The notes under the pieces: generated by a model
The model's database searches: none
What the model was told of the DNA's origin: nothing
The model's input: the letters and a program-made list of their open reading frames with translations, nothing else
Shown: positions 42,361-56,419 of the stretch, one piece after another
Layout: every line of letters begins with the position of its first letter
Position numbering within the stretch: position 1 is the stretch's first letter
Program-made: the position numbers and the translations under genes
Assembly: GCA_964016885.1 (NCBI GenBank)
Contig: OZ024744.1
Coordinates: forward strand, 89,590,001-89,654,000
DNA: 64,000 nt
Origin: Eledone cirrhosa
Lineage: Eukaryota
Reading direction: 5' to 3'

Positions 42361-43026
42361 AAACTTATAGTTATAAGGTTAGTAATTTAAAACTCTACTT
42401 CAGAGATTTGATTCTGACTTAGTTTTTTTCTATTTAATTTGCTAGCCTGTAGGTATTGTTCTCCATACAGTAACGGTTAAACTCACATGTAATAATGTTT
42501 TACTCACTTCTCACTGTGTAACACACTTCTCTCTGTATAATATATTTGTATTTGAGCTCAGATGAAGATTCTCTGTTCTTCGAGCTACTATTATTATTAC
42601 TGTGAACTGCGGAATACTTTAATTCCGATCTTTGTATATATATATATATATATATATACATTAAAATACAACGGGAGGAAGCATAATAGTACCACTTATG
42701 ATGTCACAGGTGTGTGATAAAAGAACTTTGATAGACTAACAGTTGGTCAATCAATGATAAACATTGATTGCCAGCTAAATTAACTATAAGGATATATAAT
42801 ATACAGAAGCGAAAACCAATCCAAACCAAACAGTGAGTGTGTTTGATTATTATTTCTGGCAATATTATAACAATATGACCCTCCCCAAATATAACAATAT
42901 TTGTTTCAACACACGATTTCATATGAAAAACCTTGCAAAACAAATATATATATATATAGCGAATGGTCTTCAAAATGTTTTTAATAAAACATACAGTATA
43001 TTGCCCAATATACTATACATACATTC

Positions 43027-43057
<31 letters not shown>

Positions 43058-43387
43058 CATATATATATATGCATGTGTGTGTATGTGTGTGAAGGCGTAT
43101 GACCTAGTGGTTAGAGCATTGAGTTTGTAATTAAGAGGTTGTGAATTCGATTTTCGGACCGGCTGGCGCGTTGTGTCCTTTATTTAACGTTGCTTCGGTT
43201 CACTCAACTGTAGAAATGAGTTGCTATGTTACTGGTACCAAGCTGTATCAGCCATTACCTTTCCCTTGGTCAACATTGGTGGTGTAGAGAAGGGAACTGC
43301 TATGCATGGGTGGCCTTCCACAAACAAACCATGCCCAGGCTTGTGCCTCGGGGGGAAACTGCCATTAGTGACCGATGGGAGCCTTAG

Positions 43388-43430
<43 letters not shown>

Positions 43431-43572
43431 GTAGAACACTGGAAGGTAATATCCCTAGTGGTAGAGCACTCAGTCCATGGGACGAGTTTGGTAGAAGTGG
43501 TTACACAACAGTTAGTTCACCATACCGAGAACAATTGTTTCTCGGTATGGTGAACTAACTGTTGTGTAACCA

Positions 43573-43615
<43 letters not shown>

Positions 43616-44403
43616 TAGTATCAGTGCTTTGAAATAGCGATGTATGTATGAATGTATGTATAGTATATTTGATAATATACTGTATATTTATTTTAAAAAC
43701 ATTTTGAAGACCAATCGCTATAAGTTTTAAAGTAGTGACTATGTCACTTACTTTGTCTCGGCAAAAACAAAGGGAAGCAACCGACATCTGTTTCTCGTTT
43801 GTTCACGGTTATCAAGATTGCTTATCCCTTCGCTTCTGCCGAGACTTGTAGAAGTTTGATTCTTATAGAATTCCAGTGATGTTTAAGAGCTGATTAAGCA
43901 GAGCAGTTGCCGGTCCAACAAAAATTAGAAATTAGTATCAATGCTCTGAAATAGCGATGTATGAATGTATGTATATTATATTTAATAATAGTAAGCGACA
44001 TAGTCACTGCTTTAAAACTCATTGCGAATGGCCTTCAAATTGTTTTAAAATAAACATACAGTATATTATCAAATATACTATACATACATTCATATATATA
44101 TATAATATGTAGATTCTCGAGTTGTGCCGAGGGGTAACCAGAGTTAAAAAGGGTACTAAACACATATATATATGTGTGTGTGTGTATATATGTGTGTGTG
44201 AGAGAGTGAGAGAAAGTGTGTGGTGTGTGTGTGAACTCTATCAATGTATTGATACATATATATGCTTTATCATTTTTTTTTATTACCTAAAATAATATTT
44301 GAAAATTATAAAGTGTCTTTCAATAGAAATATGGTAACGAAAGGGTTAATTTAAATCAAAATCAATATTATTTAATACAAAACAAAGATAGAATATACGT
44401 TAC

Positions 44404-44655
44404 CATATAAAGTTTGAAGTCCTTCTACATCGTCATCTCCAAGTTGTAGTGGTACGGAAGGATCGTACTTTTTGTAGTAAGGGTACATGATAGCGTCCCT
44501 GACAGTGGAATGATATAATCCGAGGGAGTGTCCGATTTCGTGTACAGCAACGTATAACAGGTTTTTACCTTTAACAGATTTAACAGTCCAAGTTTCTGCG
44601 GAATCAAGATGTACATCACCATTGGTTGGAAAGAAAGCATGTGCTAATACACCTC
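44404..44655 (-). CDS. MMP catalytic zinc-binding exon: GVLAHAFFPTNGDVHLDSAETW...VAVHEIGHSLGLYHSTVRDAIMYPYY...LGDDDVEGLQTLY
   Basis: HExGHxxGxxH zinc motif, LAHA, AIMYP Met-turn, DDxxGxQxLYG. ttatag acceptor, gtaacg donor, 252 nt, phase 1 to 1. Confidence 0.97.
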
Positions 44656-45491
44656 CTATAAAGACGAAGAAAAGAAATTCATTAAATAATTGTTTCTACT
44701 TTTGGCACAAGGCCAGCAATTACCCAGTGCATTACTGGTACTTTATTTTATCGACCCCGTACAGATGAAAGGCAAAGCTAACCTCGGCGGGATTTGAGCT
44801 CAGAACGTAAAGGGTCGTATCTCTATGCCACTAAGCCTGTTGTCCAACACTCTACCGATTCCGCCAATCCAAAGCAGTATATAATTGTTTCTACTTTTGG
44901 CACAAAGCCAGCAATTATCCCAGTGCATTACTGGTACTGTATTTTATCGACCCCGTAAGGATGAAAGGCAAAGTTAACGTCGGTGGGATTTGAACTCAGA
45001 CCGTAAAGGGACGTTACTCTATGCTGCAAAGCATGGCATTCGATCCTCTACCGATACTGCCAATCCAATGTGTGTATATTATAGTTAAGGGTACCATAAA
45101 TCTTGGATTTTAGACTCATTCTCTCTTATTAGTCCGAACACAAAAAAAAACAACTCCCACTGTCATTTACTCCGTGACAATTAGTGCTGGGCCCATGGTA
45201 CCATGTGACGACAAGTGCAGAGAAATCTCCAGATATAAAGCAATGCCTGTGCCGTGAAGCTTTTATAGTGAGCAAAGGCACTGCACAAAGCCAGTCCCAC
45301 TCTCTTAACCAAGATGATATTTACCAAAAAGAAGAACAAGTCAACATCATTGGATACCATCAGGGTTGTAAGTGTTATATCAGAGTTTTCCTTCTCCTAG
45401 AATTCTGCCTTGACAAAGGGCAAAGGAGCTCTTAAGAGTCAATAGCCATCCAAAATCCCCGGGAGAGACATACATACATACATAGATACAT

Positions 45492-47476
45492 AACTAAGGT
45501 TAAAGACAGAGAGGGAGGACTTTATTTTCACTGATAAAATAAAATATTGCAGGGGTATATTTCAGGGGGACAGTCTCTCTGTGATATTATTCATCTTGTC
45601 ATTAAACCCCTTGTCCTTTCTGCTCATGAAATTTGAGGGATACATCATTGGCTCACAGGAGGACAGAAATACGAACCTAACCCATAATTTCTTTGTGGAC
45701 GATCTGAAACTCTATGCCAAGAACATGGATGGGATGAAGAAAAATGTTGACCTGGTTACAACGTTCTCAAAGGATATAGGAATGGAGTTTGGCCAAGATA
45801 AATGCTCATACATGACTGTAAAGCGGGGGAAAAACAACCCAGTCTAGCAACATTGTCATCAATGGCCTAACTGTTTCACCGATATCTGATGAGGACTGCT
45901 ACAGATACCTGGGGATAGATGAGAACACATCCTATAATGGTATCTGTAATATAGAACGCGTAACCAGGGAATACTACACTCGATTAAGAAAGATCTGGTC
46001 ATCGGAACTCTCTGCGCAAAACAAAACAATGGCTTACAATGTGTTTGCTGTGCCTGTCCTAACACCAACGTTTGGAATACTCAATTGGACGATAGACGAA
46101 ATCCGAGCAGTTGATGTTGGAATTCGAAAAATACTGAACAACACCGGAAACTTCCACATCAACAGTGACATAGACCGCCTTTACTTGAAACGTAAGCAGG
46201 GAGGCAGAGGCCTTAACATCAGTCCAGACAACATTTGAATGACACATCATATCTCTCCGACAACATCTACGAACCTCGAAGCGTAGGAGCCCGTTTCGCG
46301 AGCAAGTCTATCTGCACGAAACAGATAAGATAATGAGAGTTGGGACTGAACTCCTTGAGAGATATTCCCTGTGTGATAATCAAAAACTCACACCCAGGGA
46401 TGTCGCTCAGCAGTATCGCAGTGAATCCATGGATGAAAAACTGCATGCCTATCAGCAAAATATCATGCATGGATATGTTGCCAGGAAGCTCCAGAGTGAG
46501 AGTAATATAGATAAGGAAAGTAGTCTATCTTGGACCAACGACCGCTATATTGGCTCCCACTTTGAAGGATAAGCTTTTGCAATCCAGGAACAGGAGATTA
46601 GCACGAAATACCTGATTCACAAAAGAGATAGGGATGCAGGCAAAACACCTAGATGTGATAACAAGTGCAGACTCTGCAGAACTAACATCGATGATTTCAC
46701 CCATGCAATCAGCAGCTGTCCAAAGATGTCATCGCGGTACTATCTACCTATGAGGCATGATGTAGTGGCCAAAACACTGTACAATGCAGTTAGTAAAAAA
46801 GATAGCCCCGATAATAAACACATTAAAAGCAACAACAATGTGGAAGACATCCATGTACATAATATGAAAGAGTATTGGTGGAATGTTCCAGTAAAAACCC
46901 CAATAAAATGCAGGCATAACAGACCAGATATTATTATATGGGACAGGGAGAAGAAAGCATGCAGAGTAGTGGAAATTAGCTGCCCAGCAGATGCCAATAT
47001 AGTATCATAGATTAGCGAAAATGAGAATATTTATGCAGAACTGATGAGAAATCTGCAGATACTCCACCCTGATTACACCTTCAGATTTATACCTGTGATT
47101 ATTGGGGAACTGAGATATGTTAGTAACTGTCTCAATACAAATCTTGAGAAGCTAGGCTTCACAGGTACAGAAACAACACAACTAGTTAGGAAATTACAAG
47201 TACAATCCATTAATGGAACAGTAAAACTATGTAAAACATTCCAAAAATGTTGCATCTAATAACTGCATATACAAAGCATATACACATGCACACATACAAC
47301 TCAAAACATCCACATCCACACATACAATAACATCCATATCTACACATGCAGACATACATACATATCTACCTAGTTGATGTTGTGTAAATTCCAATGAGAG
47401 AGTCTTGTGTCTATGTTAGAAACCGACTCTCTCTCTCTATTGGTAAAACTTTGTGAAATTATAAAACCAGAAGAAC
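45492..47476 (+). mobile_element. 5'-truncated, decayed R4-clade-like RLE element D in an (ACAT)n tract
   Basis: GIFQGDSLS, FFVDDLKL, DIDRLYL..GGRGL, CRLC..H..SSC, RHD, NRPDII..VEISCP. (ACAT)n at both ends. Confidence 0.88.
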
Positions 47477-47508
47477 ATACATACATACATACATACATAC
47501 ATGATGGC

Positions 47509-47540
<32 letters not shown>

Positions 47541-47877
47541 TAGCTTAGAGTTTAGACTCAGAGAGGTCATTTGATAAACACAGAAAAAGTTGATTAACTC
47601 ACTGCTAATTAGTTAATTATTTTACTATTATACCATCCTTTGTGAAACATGTTTGAAGTTTGAAGTTCTGACCGATCTGCGGAAAAAGTTTGTATTTTGA
47701 ATTTTAAACGTGTCTAGGTACCAAGGCTTTTTGCCCATATGAGTCTGTGAGTATTGATTTATTATTTTCTAGATCGTACAGGCAGACCTTATGTTGTTGA
47801 ATTAAGATTTTTCACTCTAGCGATCTTATTAGTCAATTGCAACTATAACATGTAAATGTTCATCAAATATTAATTTA

Positions 47878-47964
<87 letters not shown>

Positions 47965-48008
47965 TAGCTATAAACAATTTATTACAATAAAAGACTAAAA
48001 AAACCCAC

Positions 48009-48148
48009 CGATGCCATCAAAAGCCCAATTGTCACCGTGACTGCCGGCACCGAAGAAGATCTCAATATCAGAAACACCTTTAGAAATTTCTTGGAATCTT
48101 AGCACTGATGCTGCCTCCCATATGTCAAAAGCGTCTCTGAAAGTCGCG
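48009..48148 (-). CDS. MMP catalytic exon: ATFRDAFDIWEAASVLRFQEISKGVSDIEIFFGAGSHGDNWAFDGI
   Basis: AFxxW..LxF..DIxIxF..HGD..FDG structural Zn/Ca motifs. tttcag acceptor, gtgggt donor, phase 2 to 1. Confidence 0.95.
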
Positions 48149-48556
48149 CTGAAATAAATGTATTTGAAATTGTTAATTTATGCACAAACTCTTATATTTT
48201 AACAGAGTACACCACATTTACTTCACACATACATAATTGGTCACCACCAGAGCCTAAAAATAAAAATATAAAAACAGGCTGGAAAATGAAGAAAATGACA
48301 GCCAATGCAAACTTTCTTCTTGTTGGTGTGGTGTATAATAAATAGTGTTGGCTTTTGGCACTGGTGCTGGTGTATGGTTATATAGTGGTCTTGTTGTGGT
48401 GCGTGGTAGTGTTATTGCGTTGCATGGTCGTTTTGGTGTGGCGTATTGTATAGTAGTTATGGTGTGATGTACGGTAGTGTAGGTGTGTTGTATAATAGCG
48501 TTGGTGTGCTGTACGGTAGTGTAGGTATGTTGTATAGTAGTGTTGATGAGTATATG

Positions 48557-49183
48557 CAGGGGCCTCGTTTGCCTTAAAAATGTGAGGGGGACAAACCAAT
48601 ATTTGTTGGAGCATGTTAGTATTGCTTTTCGAGCCTTTCCCGGACCCGATCACATAAGTAAAATTTTACGCTAATTAAATGTTATATATTCAAATGAAGT
48701 TCTGATATTAAAAAATAAGTTTAAAAAGAATTTATTGTATCAAAATAAACAAAAAATAATATATACGTATAGACGTATGAATAAAAAAAAATATAAAGTA
48801 AATTTATTGTCTTTTAGAACTTTCCAAATGTATTATATTTTGCATCATTGCTGTCAATAAATAATTTAGCAATTTCTTCACAACTAATCTTTTTCAAAAC
48901 ATCTCTATGAAGAGATATGATTTAACCTTTGTTGAGTCATGGTTGATCACAGCCAAGTTTTGAGACTCCGCAGAGCACTAAAAGATCTTTCAGCTTCACA
49001 AGAACTGGTTGGAAATACTAAAAGTAACCTGAGTAATCGCCCAACTTTTGGAAACATGCGACGGACTTGTTTTGTAATTGGAAAAAATTAGGGTGGGAGG
49101 GGGACAAAAGATGGTTTGTCCCCCTTTCCTGAAAAAGTGGGGAGGGGAGCTTGTCCCCTGGTACTCCCCTGAAACAAGGTAGT
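48557..49183 (-). mobile_element. hAT transposon remnant
   Basis: Minus strand about 49017-48920 reads FPTSSCEAERSFSALRSLKTWL*STMTQQRLN (hAT C-terminal dimerisation motif). Subterminal GGGGGACAA/TTGTCCCC repeats. Confidence 0.75.
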
Positions 49184-50774
49184 GTATCGTAGTGTTGATG
49201 CGTTTTATAGTGGTTTTGGTATGGTGTGTTTTGTGGTGGTGTTGGTGTGATGTATAGCACTGTTGGTGTGGGATGGGGTGTGATAATGTTGATCCGTTTC
49301 ATAGTGGTTTTGGTACGGTGTGTTGTTTGGTAGTGAAAGTGTGATATCTAGTGGTTGCTGTGTGGTGTATAGTATATCACGTTATATTATAAAGTGATAT
49401 GCTCATATAATATATCATAACACGATAAAATAATATTATATATTTGAAATGGGTGCGTCCCAACGACAATGAATTGATCGCTATTTAAAATCAGTTAAAG
49501 TATACCTTTATATATGATATAATATAATACAATATATGCTTTTGCCTTCTTGTCAGCGGGACGCAGCACTTCCGCCCTCTTGCCCTAGGCTCAAAGCCCA
49601 ATCACCCTCTCCCATCACCCTTCCACTCTCTTCTACGACACCAGAGTTCTTGCCATACCCACCCCTTCCCGATCTTTTCTTTTTTTCTTTCTCACTTTTC
49701 TTTTTTCTATATTCCTATATTACTATATTTCTATATTTGTAATATATTAGAAAATGGTGGAGGTAGCAAATAAAAATAGACTCCCATTTCCGACAGAATT
49801 TTCATTTTAATCAAGAAAAGAAGGATAAAAAAAAAAGAACATTCTCGGCAAACTAGCACCAAATAATGATTTCTAGTATAGGCACAAGCCCAGTAATTTG
49901 GGGGAGGGGAAAGTCGATCAAATCGACCCCAGTACGTTACTGGTACTTTATTTTATCGACCCCGTAAAGATGAAAGGTAAAATTAACCTCGGCAGGATTT
50001 GAACTGAGACCGTAAACGGCCGTAATTCTATGCTGTAAAGCATGGCGTCTGACTCTCTACCGATACCACCAGTCCACCGCCCTTTACCTATCAATAACTT
50101 TACCTACAATAATGATAATAATAATTGTTTCTACGTTTGGCACAAGGCCAGCAATTACCCCAGTGCATTACTGGTACTTTATGTTATCGACCCCCGTAAG
50201 GATGAAAGGCAAAGTTAACCCGAGTCGGATTTGAACTCAGATCATAAAGGGCCGTAACTCTATGCTGCAAAGCATGGCCTCCGACCCTCTACCGATACTG
50301 GCAATCCACCGCCCTTCTAGCCATCAAATAATTGTTTCTACTTTAGGCACAAGGCCAGCAATTACCCCAGTGTATTACTGGTACTTTATTTTATCGACCC
50401 CGTAAGGATGAAAGGCAAAGTTAACCTCGGCGGGGTAATACCACTACAGTTACTACCTCCGCCACTACTATTACTACTACTACTACTACTACTATAACAT
50501 CTGTTATTACTGACACCACTACAACCAACATACGACGAGCTATAATAATTGTTTCTACTTTAGGCACAAGGCCAGCAATTACCCCCAGTGCATTACTGGT
50601 ACTTTATTTTATCGACCCCGTAAGGATGAAAGGCAAAGTGAACCTCGGCGGGATTTGAACTCAGATCGTAAAGGGACGTAACTATGCTGGCAAGCATGGC
50701 GTCCGACCCTCTAACGATACTGCCAATCCACCACCACCATTTTCTAGCCATCAAATAATAAAATATATAGTTAC

Positions 50775-50853
50775 CTGATTGTCTTTTTATCCAATTTAGA
50801 AACGGTATTGAGAATCCTATAGGTTAAGCTATTAGTTCGCCATTTGTATTTGT
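50775..50853 (-). CDS. MMP catalytic domain N-terminal exon: KYKWRTNSLTYRILNTVSKLDKKTI
   Basis: KWxxxxLTYRI is typical of the M10A catalytic-domain start. AG/GT bounds, phase 1 to 2. Confidence 0.92.
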
Positions 50854-50929
50854 CTACAATCAAAAATAATAAATATAGAGTAAAGAATTAGCTAGGACCA
50901 GTTTAAAGACTTACGGAAATGAAGGGAAA

Positions 50930-51059
50930 GAAGAAGAAGAAGAAGAAGAAGAAGAAGAAGAAGAAGAAGAAGAAGAAGAAGAAGAAGAAGAAGAAGAAGA
51001 AGAAGCTCCTTTGTCACTTTTAATTCATATATATATATATATATATGGTGGTGGTGGTG

Positions 51060-51144
<85 letters not shown>

Positions 51145-51183
51145 CAGCAGCATCAGGAGCAGCAGCAGCAGCAATAGTTGTAT

Positions 51184-51243
<60 letters not shown>
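50930..51243. repeat. Compound trinucleotide microsatellites (GAA)n, (TAG)n and (CAG)n in a short MMP intron
   Basis: Directly visible between exons 50775-50853 and 51257-51393. Confidence 0.95.
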
Positions 51244-51256
51244 ATACGCTACTTAC

Positions 51257-51393
51257 TGTTAACCTGAAAGTTGAAAACGGAATGTACGCTGTTGTCCATG
51301 TCGGGTAGTCCACACCTTGGAGCCTTCATCATTTCCTTAGTCTCGGAATTCAAATGACCTGTCACAGCCAGGTTTGCAAATTCTTGGAATCGT
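51257..51393 (-). CDS. MMP prodomain exon with cysteine switch: RFQEFANLAVTGHLNSETKEMMKAPRCGLPDMDNSVHSVFNFQVN
   Basis: PRCGLPD matches the MMP cysteine-switch consensus PRCGxPD. ttgtag acceptor, gtaagt donor, phase 2 to 1. Confidence 0.95.
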
Positions 51394-51902
51394 CTACAAG
51401 CAATAATAATGAGAGTTTTACATACTAGATTTTTTTTCAACGCGCTGACGTGCGTGTGTGTGTGTGTGTGTATGTGTGCGTGCATATGCATACATTTATA
51501 TGTATGAGTATATAAATATAAACACGCAAACACAGACACACTTACAAAATTACACACTTACAGACACACACATTCACAAAAATACACATACATTCACACA
51601 AACAAACATACATACATTTACACAAGCACACACATACACATACTCTCACACAGCGTAGCAAATGGAACGCGAGTCGCTGTTTTTTCTATAGTTTTTTCAC
51701 CGTCTCCTTCCTTCATTTTACACACACATACATTCACACACACACATACACACATAGTGTGACGGAATGAAGTCGCTCAAATTTATATACCGATTTGAGC
51801 GACTGACTCAACCACTACGTGTAAGCAGGAAGAATTACATGGGGATATTAGAAAAGATTCGTATTAAAAAAATCCGCCTACGGACGCATTTATTGCAACC
51901 CC

Positions 51903-51947
<45 letters not shown>

Positions 51948-53120
51948 GTTAAGACCCTCCTGCTATATCAAGCGTTAACCTAATATATACCTTCCATATA
52001 CTGTACCGATTGTGTTGTTATTTCTGTTTACTTTTTACCATATATATATAGAATATTTACGTATCGAGAGAGAGAAAAGGAGGGATTGGTGATACGTGTA
52101 CTTATTTGCCAAATAGCGTATGCAGAGGGTGCTCAATACTAGTGCCTGCAGTGTTAAAAATTAGAAGTGTTAATATCTAGTGGGCGAGAGAATTAGCAGA
52201 GCGTAAGCACGTGGAGAAGTAAAATACAGGAGAACAGACCGTTAAAACATGTTTATTTAAATATATATACAGAGACAGAGGCAAGAATAAATAAATTAAT
52301 TGATTAAATAAAAATGGCATAGACATTACAATACAACGGTAGGAAACATAATAGTACCACTGATGATGTCGCAGATGTGTGACGAAAGAACTTTGATAAA
52401 CCATATATATATATAAATATTTATATCTGTATTTTTAACCATTGGTCAATCAATGATAAACCTCGTTTGCCAGATAAATTAACTATGGAGATATAAAAGA
52501 TACAGAAGCGAAAAACCAATCCAAACCAAACAGTGGGTGGCAATATTATAACAATATGACCCTCCCCAAATATAACAATATATATATAAATATATATATA
52601 TAGATAGATAGATAGATAGATACAAAGAGAGAGAGAGAGATAGAGAGAGAGGGAGAGAGAGATATTTGTGAGAGTGTGTTTGTGTTATATATATATTGAT
52701 AGAGTTGGATTAGGTCGACGGGATTTCAACTCAGAGCTAAATGTGCCGATTAATTTTGATTAAAATCAAATTTTTCCTTCTATGTGAAATGATATACTAA
52801 CGTAAATGTGGAAAATATATGGTTTCTTATATAGGCACAAGGCCAGCAATTTTACTGGGGGGGGGGGGCGATTAAATTGACCCCAGTGCGTGACTAGTAC
52901 TTTATTTTATCGACCCCGTAAGGATGAAAGGCAAAGTTAACCTCGGCGAGATTTGAACTCAGATCATAAAGGGCCGTAACTCTATGCTGCAAAGCATGGC
53001 GTCCGACCCTCTACCGATATTGCCAATCCACAGCCCTAAATGTGGAAAATATATAAAATTTAACACTGTAAAGAGAAAATTAGTAAGAATAGTTCTAGTA
53101 GGAATTGTTTTTTTACTCAC

Positions 53121-53200
53121 TTGATAGCTTCATTCTCATGAGATAAGGAAAGAGCAGAATGACCAGACTTCTCCATATAACCAAACTTCTTTAAGAATTC
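53121..53200 (-). CDS. Matrix metalloproteinase, first identified coding exon (prodomain): EFLKKFGYMEKSGHSALSLSHENEAI
   Basis: ttactag acceptor and gtgagt donor. FLxKFGY resembles the start of MMP prodomains. 80 nt, phase 0 to 2, joins in frame to the next exon. Confidence 0.85.
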
Positions 53201-53755
53201 CTAGTAATAAAAATAAGCAATTTGACATTGATTACATTTTATATTAATCAAATTTTTAATGTGTATGATTAAATTAATTTTAATTGGTATAATTAAATTA
53301 GTTAATTTAATGAATATGATTTTTAATTGGTATGATTAAATGAGATTTAACCCTTTCTTACCTAACCACCTGGAATGAAGGAAAACTGCGAGTGAAAGAG
53401 CTATTTATCTAAATATCTTCCATCATAGTTTTATGCAAGAACATTTGTTAAGTTATATTTCAAACACCAACTTATTAATGAGAAAGTTAGATAAAACAGT
53501 AAATCCTTCCAAATTGTTGATTATATTCAAAATTATTTTAAAATTAGAAATATGGTTAACATAAGGTTTCATGATAACAAATATTGGTTTCTGATTTAGG
53601 CACAAGGCCAACAATTTTGGGGAAAGGAAATTCGATTAAATCGAGTCCAGTGCATTATTTGTACTTTATTTTATCGATCCCATAATGAGGTTGAAAGGCA
53701 AAGTTAACCTCGGTAGACGTAACATTATGCCATAAAGCAATCATAGGCAACCTGC

Positions 53756-53801
53756 GGCCATCCTGATGAATTCTTCCGAATGAAACAGTCTTGTAGAAGC
53801 C
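53756..53801 (+). ncRNA. Type I hammerhead-like motif
   Basis: GGCCATC-CTGATGA-ATTCttccGAAT-GAAAC-AGTCTT-GTA-GAAGCC. Confidence 0.68.
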
Positions 53802-53829
53802 ATTTCTATACTATATATATATATATATA

Positions 53830-54499
53830 AACGGAAAAAATGAAACGAAATTTCATTTCTCACTCTTAGTACGGCTGTTACTTAAATATAAGTATGTATA
53901 CGTACATACATATATGTATACAGACGTACAGTAGTTTGTATATATATATACATACATGCACACATATATATATGTACGTATGAATTCACCGAACATTTAT
54001 TATAATGCTCGGTGTGTTTGTAAACAAACATCCCGAATTAAGCCGTAGTGTCTAGCAACCATCGTTGCTCATTTGTTCAACAGCCGTACTAAGAGTGAGA
54101 AATGAAATTTCGTTTCATTTTTTTCCGTTTATCATATTCGGTACCCCGGCCAATTAACTCACTCGATATGCAAATTAGGCTGCTCAGCCGTTAATATGCA
54201 TAAGGAAAGTATATACTTTCAGACGTTCAACCATCTAGCAGGAAGGTATACGTTGCTGACGATAGCTAATAAGCTTGAAACTAGTACAGCGTTCCTTTGT
54301 CAGTGTTGAACAAATGAGCAACGATGGTTGCTAGACACTGTACGGCTTAATTCGGGATGTTTGTTTACAAACACACCGATCATTATAATAAATGTTCGGG
54401 GAAGCCATACGTACATATATATATGTGTGCATGTATGTATATATATATATACATACTACTGTACGTCTGTATACATATATGTATGTACGTATACATACT

Positions 54500-54502
<3 letters not shown>
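53830..54502. repeat. Dispersed copy of the 9.9-13.7 kb monomer family: partial copy (53830-54081) joined to an inverted near-full monomer (54082-54502)
   Basis: High visual identity to the array unit. Intact hammerhead on the plus strand at 54250-54292. Confidence 0.9.
54250..54292 (+). ncRNA. Type I hammerhead ribozyme, array family
   Basis: ACGTTG-CTGACGA-tAGCTaataAGCTt-GAAAC-TA-GTA-CAGCGT. Confidence 0.88.
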
Positions 54503-54535
<33 letters not shown>

Positions 54536-56419
54536 CATGTATATATATACTAAAAATTAAAAGGACGAAGTGTTAGATCTTCATTACATTTATTGAGGTG
54601 TGCGTTTCACGATTGATCAGCTCAAGATCCGATCTGTTCAATCGCGAAACGAAGGTCACATTTCAATAAATGTACTGAAGATCTAACATTTCGTCCTTTT
54701 TTTTTAAATATTAGTATTACACTCTGCTTAGTACAACACCAATATACCTACTGGAAACTACGCACCGAGTGCTCAATATGGTGAATCTACAGTAACTGTA
54801 TATATATACTATCGGAGCGTTGGGTGATTTTGAAATTCTTAGAATCCCAAACCCAGAAAATAACTGTAACCACAGTCGATTTACTATAAATAGTAGCTTA
54901 GAAGATTGGGCAAAATACTCCTATGGACGGAACAAAGTGGCCAACGGCTGCTACTGATTATTTTTTGAATGGCTACAATGGCTGCTCCACGCTGTAATTG
55001 TTTTAGTTTCAGCACACGGTCTCAGATTAAGTGACTTTCTAGACAAGCACAGCTAAGAAATAATGATTTCTCCTACAGGCACAAGGCCAGCAATTTGGGG
55101 GTGGGGGAAAGTCGATTATACTGGTGATTTATTTTATCGACCTCATAAGGATGAAAGGCAAAGCTAACCTCGGTGGTCGGTGGGATTTGAACTCAGATCG
55201 TAAAAGGCCGTAACTCTATGCAGCAAAGAATGCTGTCCGACGCTCCACTGAAACTGCCTATCCAAAGAAATCATGGTTTCTTATATAGGCACAAGGCATG
55301 ACTGGAACTTTATTTTATCGACCCTGTAAGGATGAAAGGCAAAGTTAACCTCGGCGGGATTTGAACTCAAATCATAAAGGGCTGTAACTCTATGCAGCAA
55401 AGCATGTTGTCCGACGCTCTACTGATACTGCTTATCCAAATAAATAATATTAGTCTTTCTGGGAAAAATAAACGAAGTGGTTACATGACATGGTTTATCT
55501 CTCTGTAAAAGTACGATAGATCAAACAAATTTATCACATTTTTTAACCTTGAAACAAAGAAATAATTGTTTCTACTTTAGGCACAAGGCCAGCAATTACC
55601 CAGTGCATTACTGGTAGTTTATTTTATCGACCCCGTAAGGATGAAAGGCAAAGTCAACCTCGGCGGGATTTGAACTCAGATCGTAAAGGGACGTAACTAT
55701 GCTGGAAAGCATGGCGTCCGACCCTCTACCGATACTGCCAATCCAGAAATAATACCACCAATCTGTCATTGGTATCTTGTAACTTGTAGCTAAACTCGGC
55801 AGTCTGATTTGCATAATATTGCATATACTGAGAACTCAGACTAATCCTTTCATAGATTTGGTTAAACACAGCATTTCACTATTAATTAATGAATCTAAAT
55901 TGACACCAAATGTATTATTATGTAAATTATACTAGCTAGTTTGACTGAATTCTGGGTTTTTTTACACTATAAATAGGTATAAACAATTAAAATCTCTCTT
56001 GCGAGACTAGATGGTGTTCTAATTGATATTCTTTATATGATAAAGATTTTGAACGACAAGAAATTTATCAGATGGATTCCATTTTGTTTTGTATCTTACG
56101 AACCCCAATTTATGTTTATTCAAAAAAAAAAAAACAATGTCGTACAATTTAAATTAGATTAATTGTTTCTGCTTTTAGCACAAGGCCAGCAATTACTCCA
56201 GTGCATTATTGGTATTTTATTTTATCGACCCCCATAAGGATAAAAGGCAAAGTTAACCTCGGCGGGATTTGAACTCAGACCGTAAAGGGCTATACCTCTA
56301 TGCTGCAAAGCATGGCGTCTGACTCTCTACCGATACTGGCAATCCACCGCCCATTTAACTTACATTAATATTGTTTAGTGTAATATGAACTTACTGTTGT
56401 TAATGTTATTATCATTAAG

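Larger units (their letters stand above)
49868..56351 (-). mobile_element. Cluster of about 10 tRNA-derived SINE copies (49868-50082, 50123-50314, 50330-50433, 50547-50733, 52822-53031, 53585-53712, 55063-55264, 55275-55437, 55563-55745, 56160-56351)
   Basis: Minus-strand consensus GGCGGTGGATTGGCAGTATCGGTAGAG (A box) ..GAGTTCAAATCCCGCC (B box) ..TTTCATCCTTACGGGGTCGATAAAATAAAGTACCAG..GGCCTTGTGCCTAAAGTAGAAACAATT(ATT)n. Resembles octopus SINEs from recall. Confidence 0.88.

Noticed and set aside
51011-51313. Poly-Ser, poly-Thr and poly-Val ORFs
   Set aside because: They arise from an intronic (TAG)n microsatellite. The true exon ends at the gtaagt donor at 51256.
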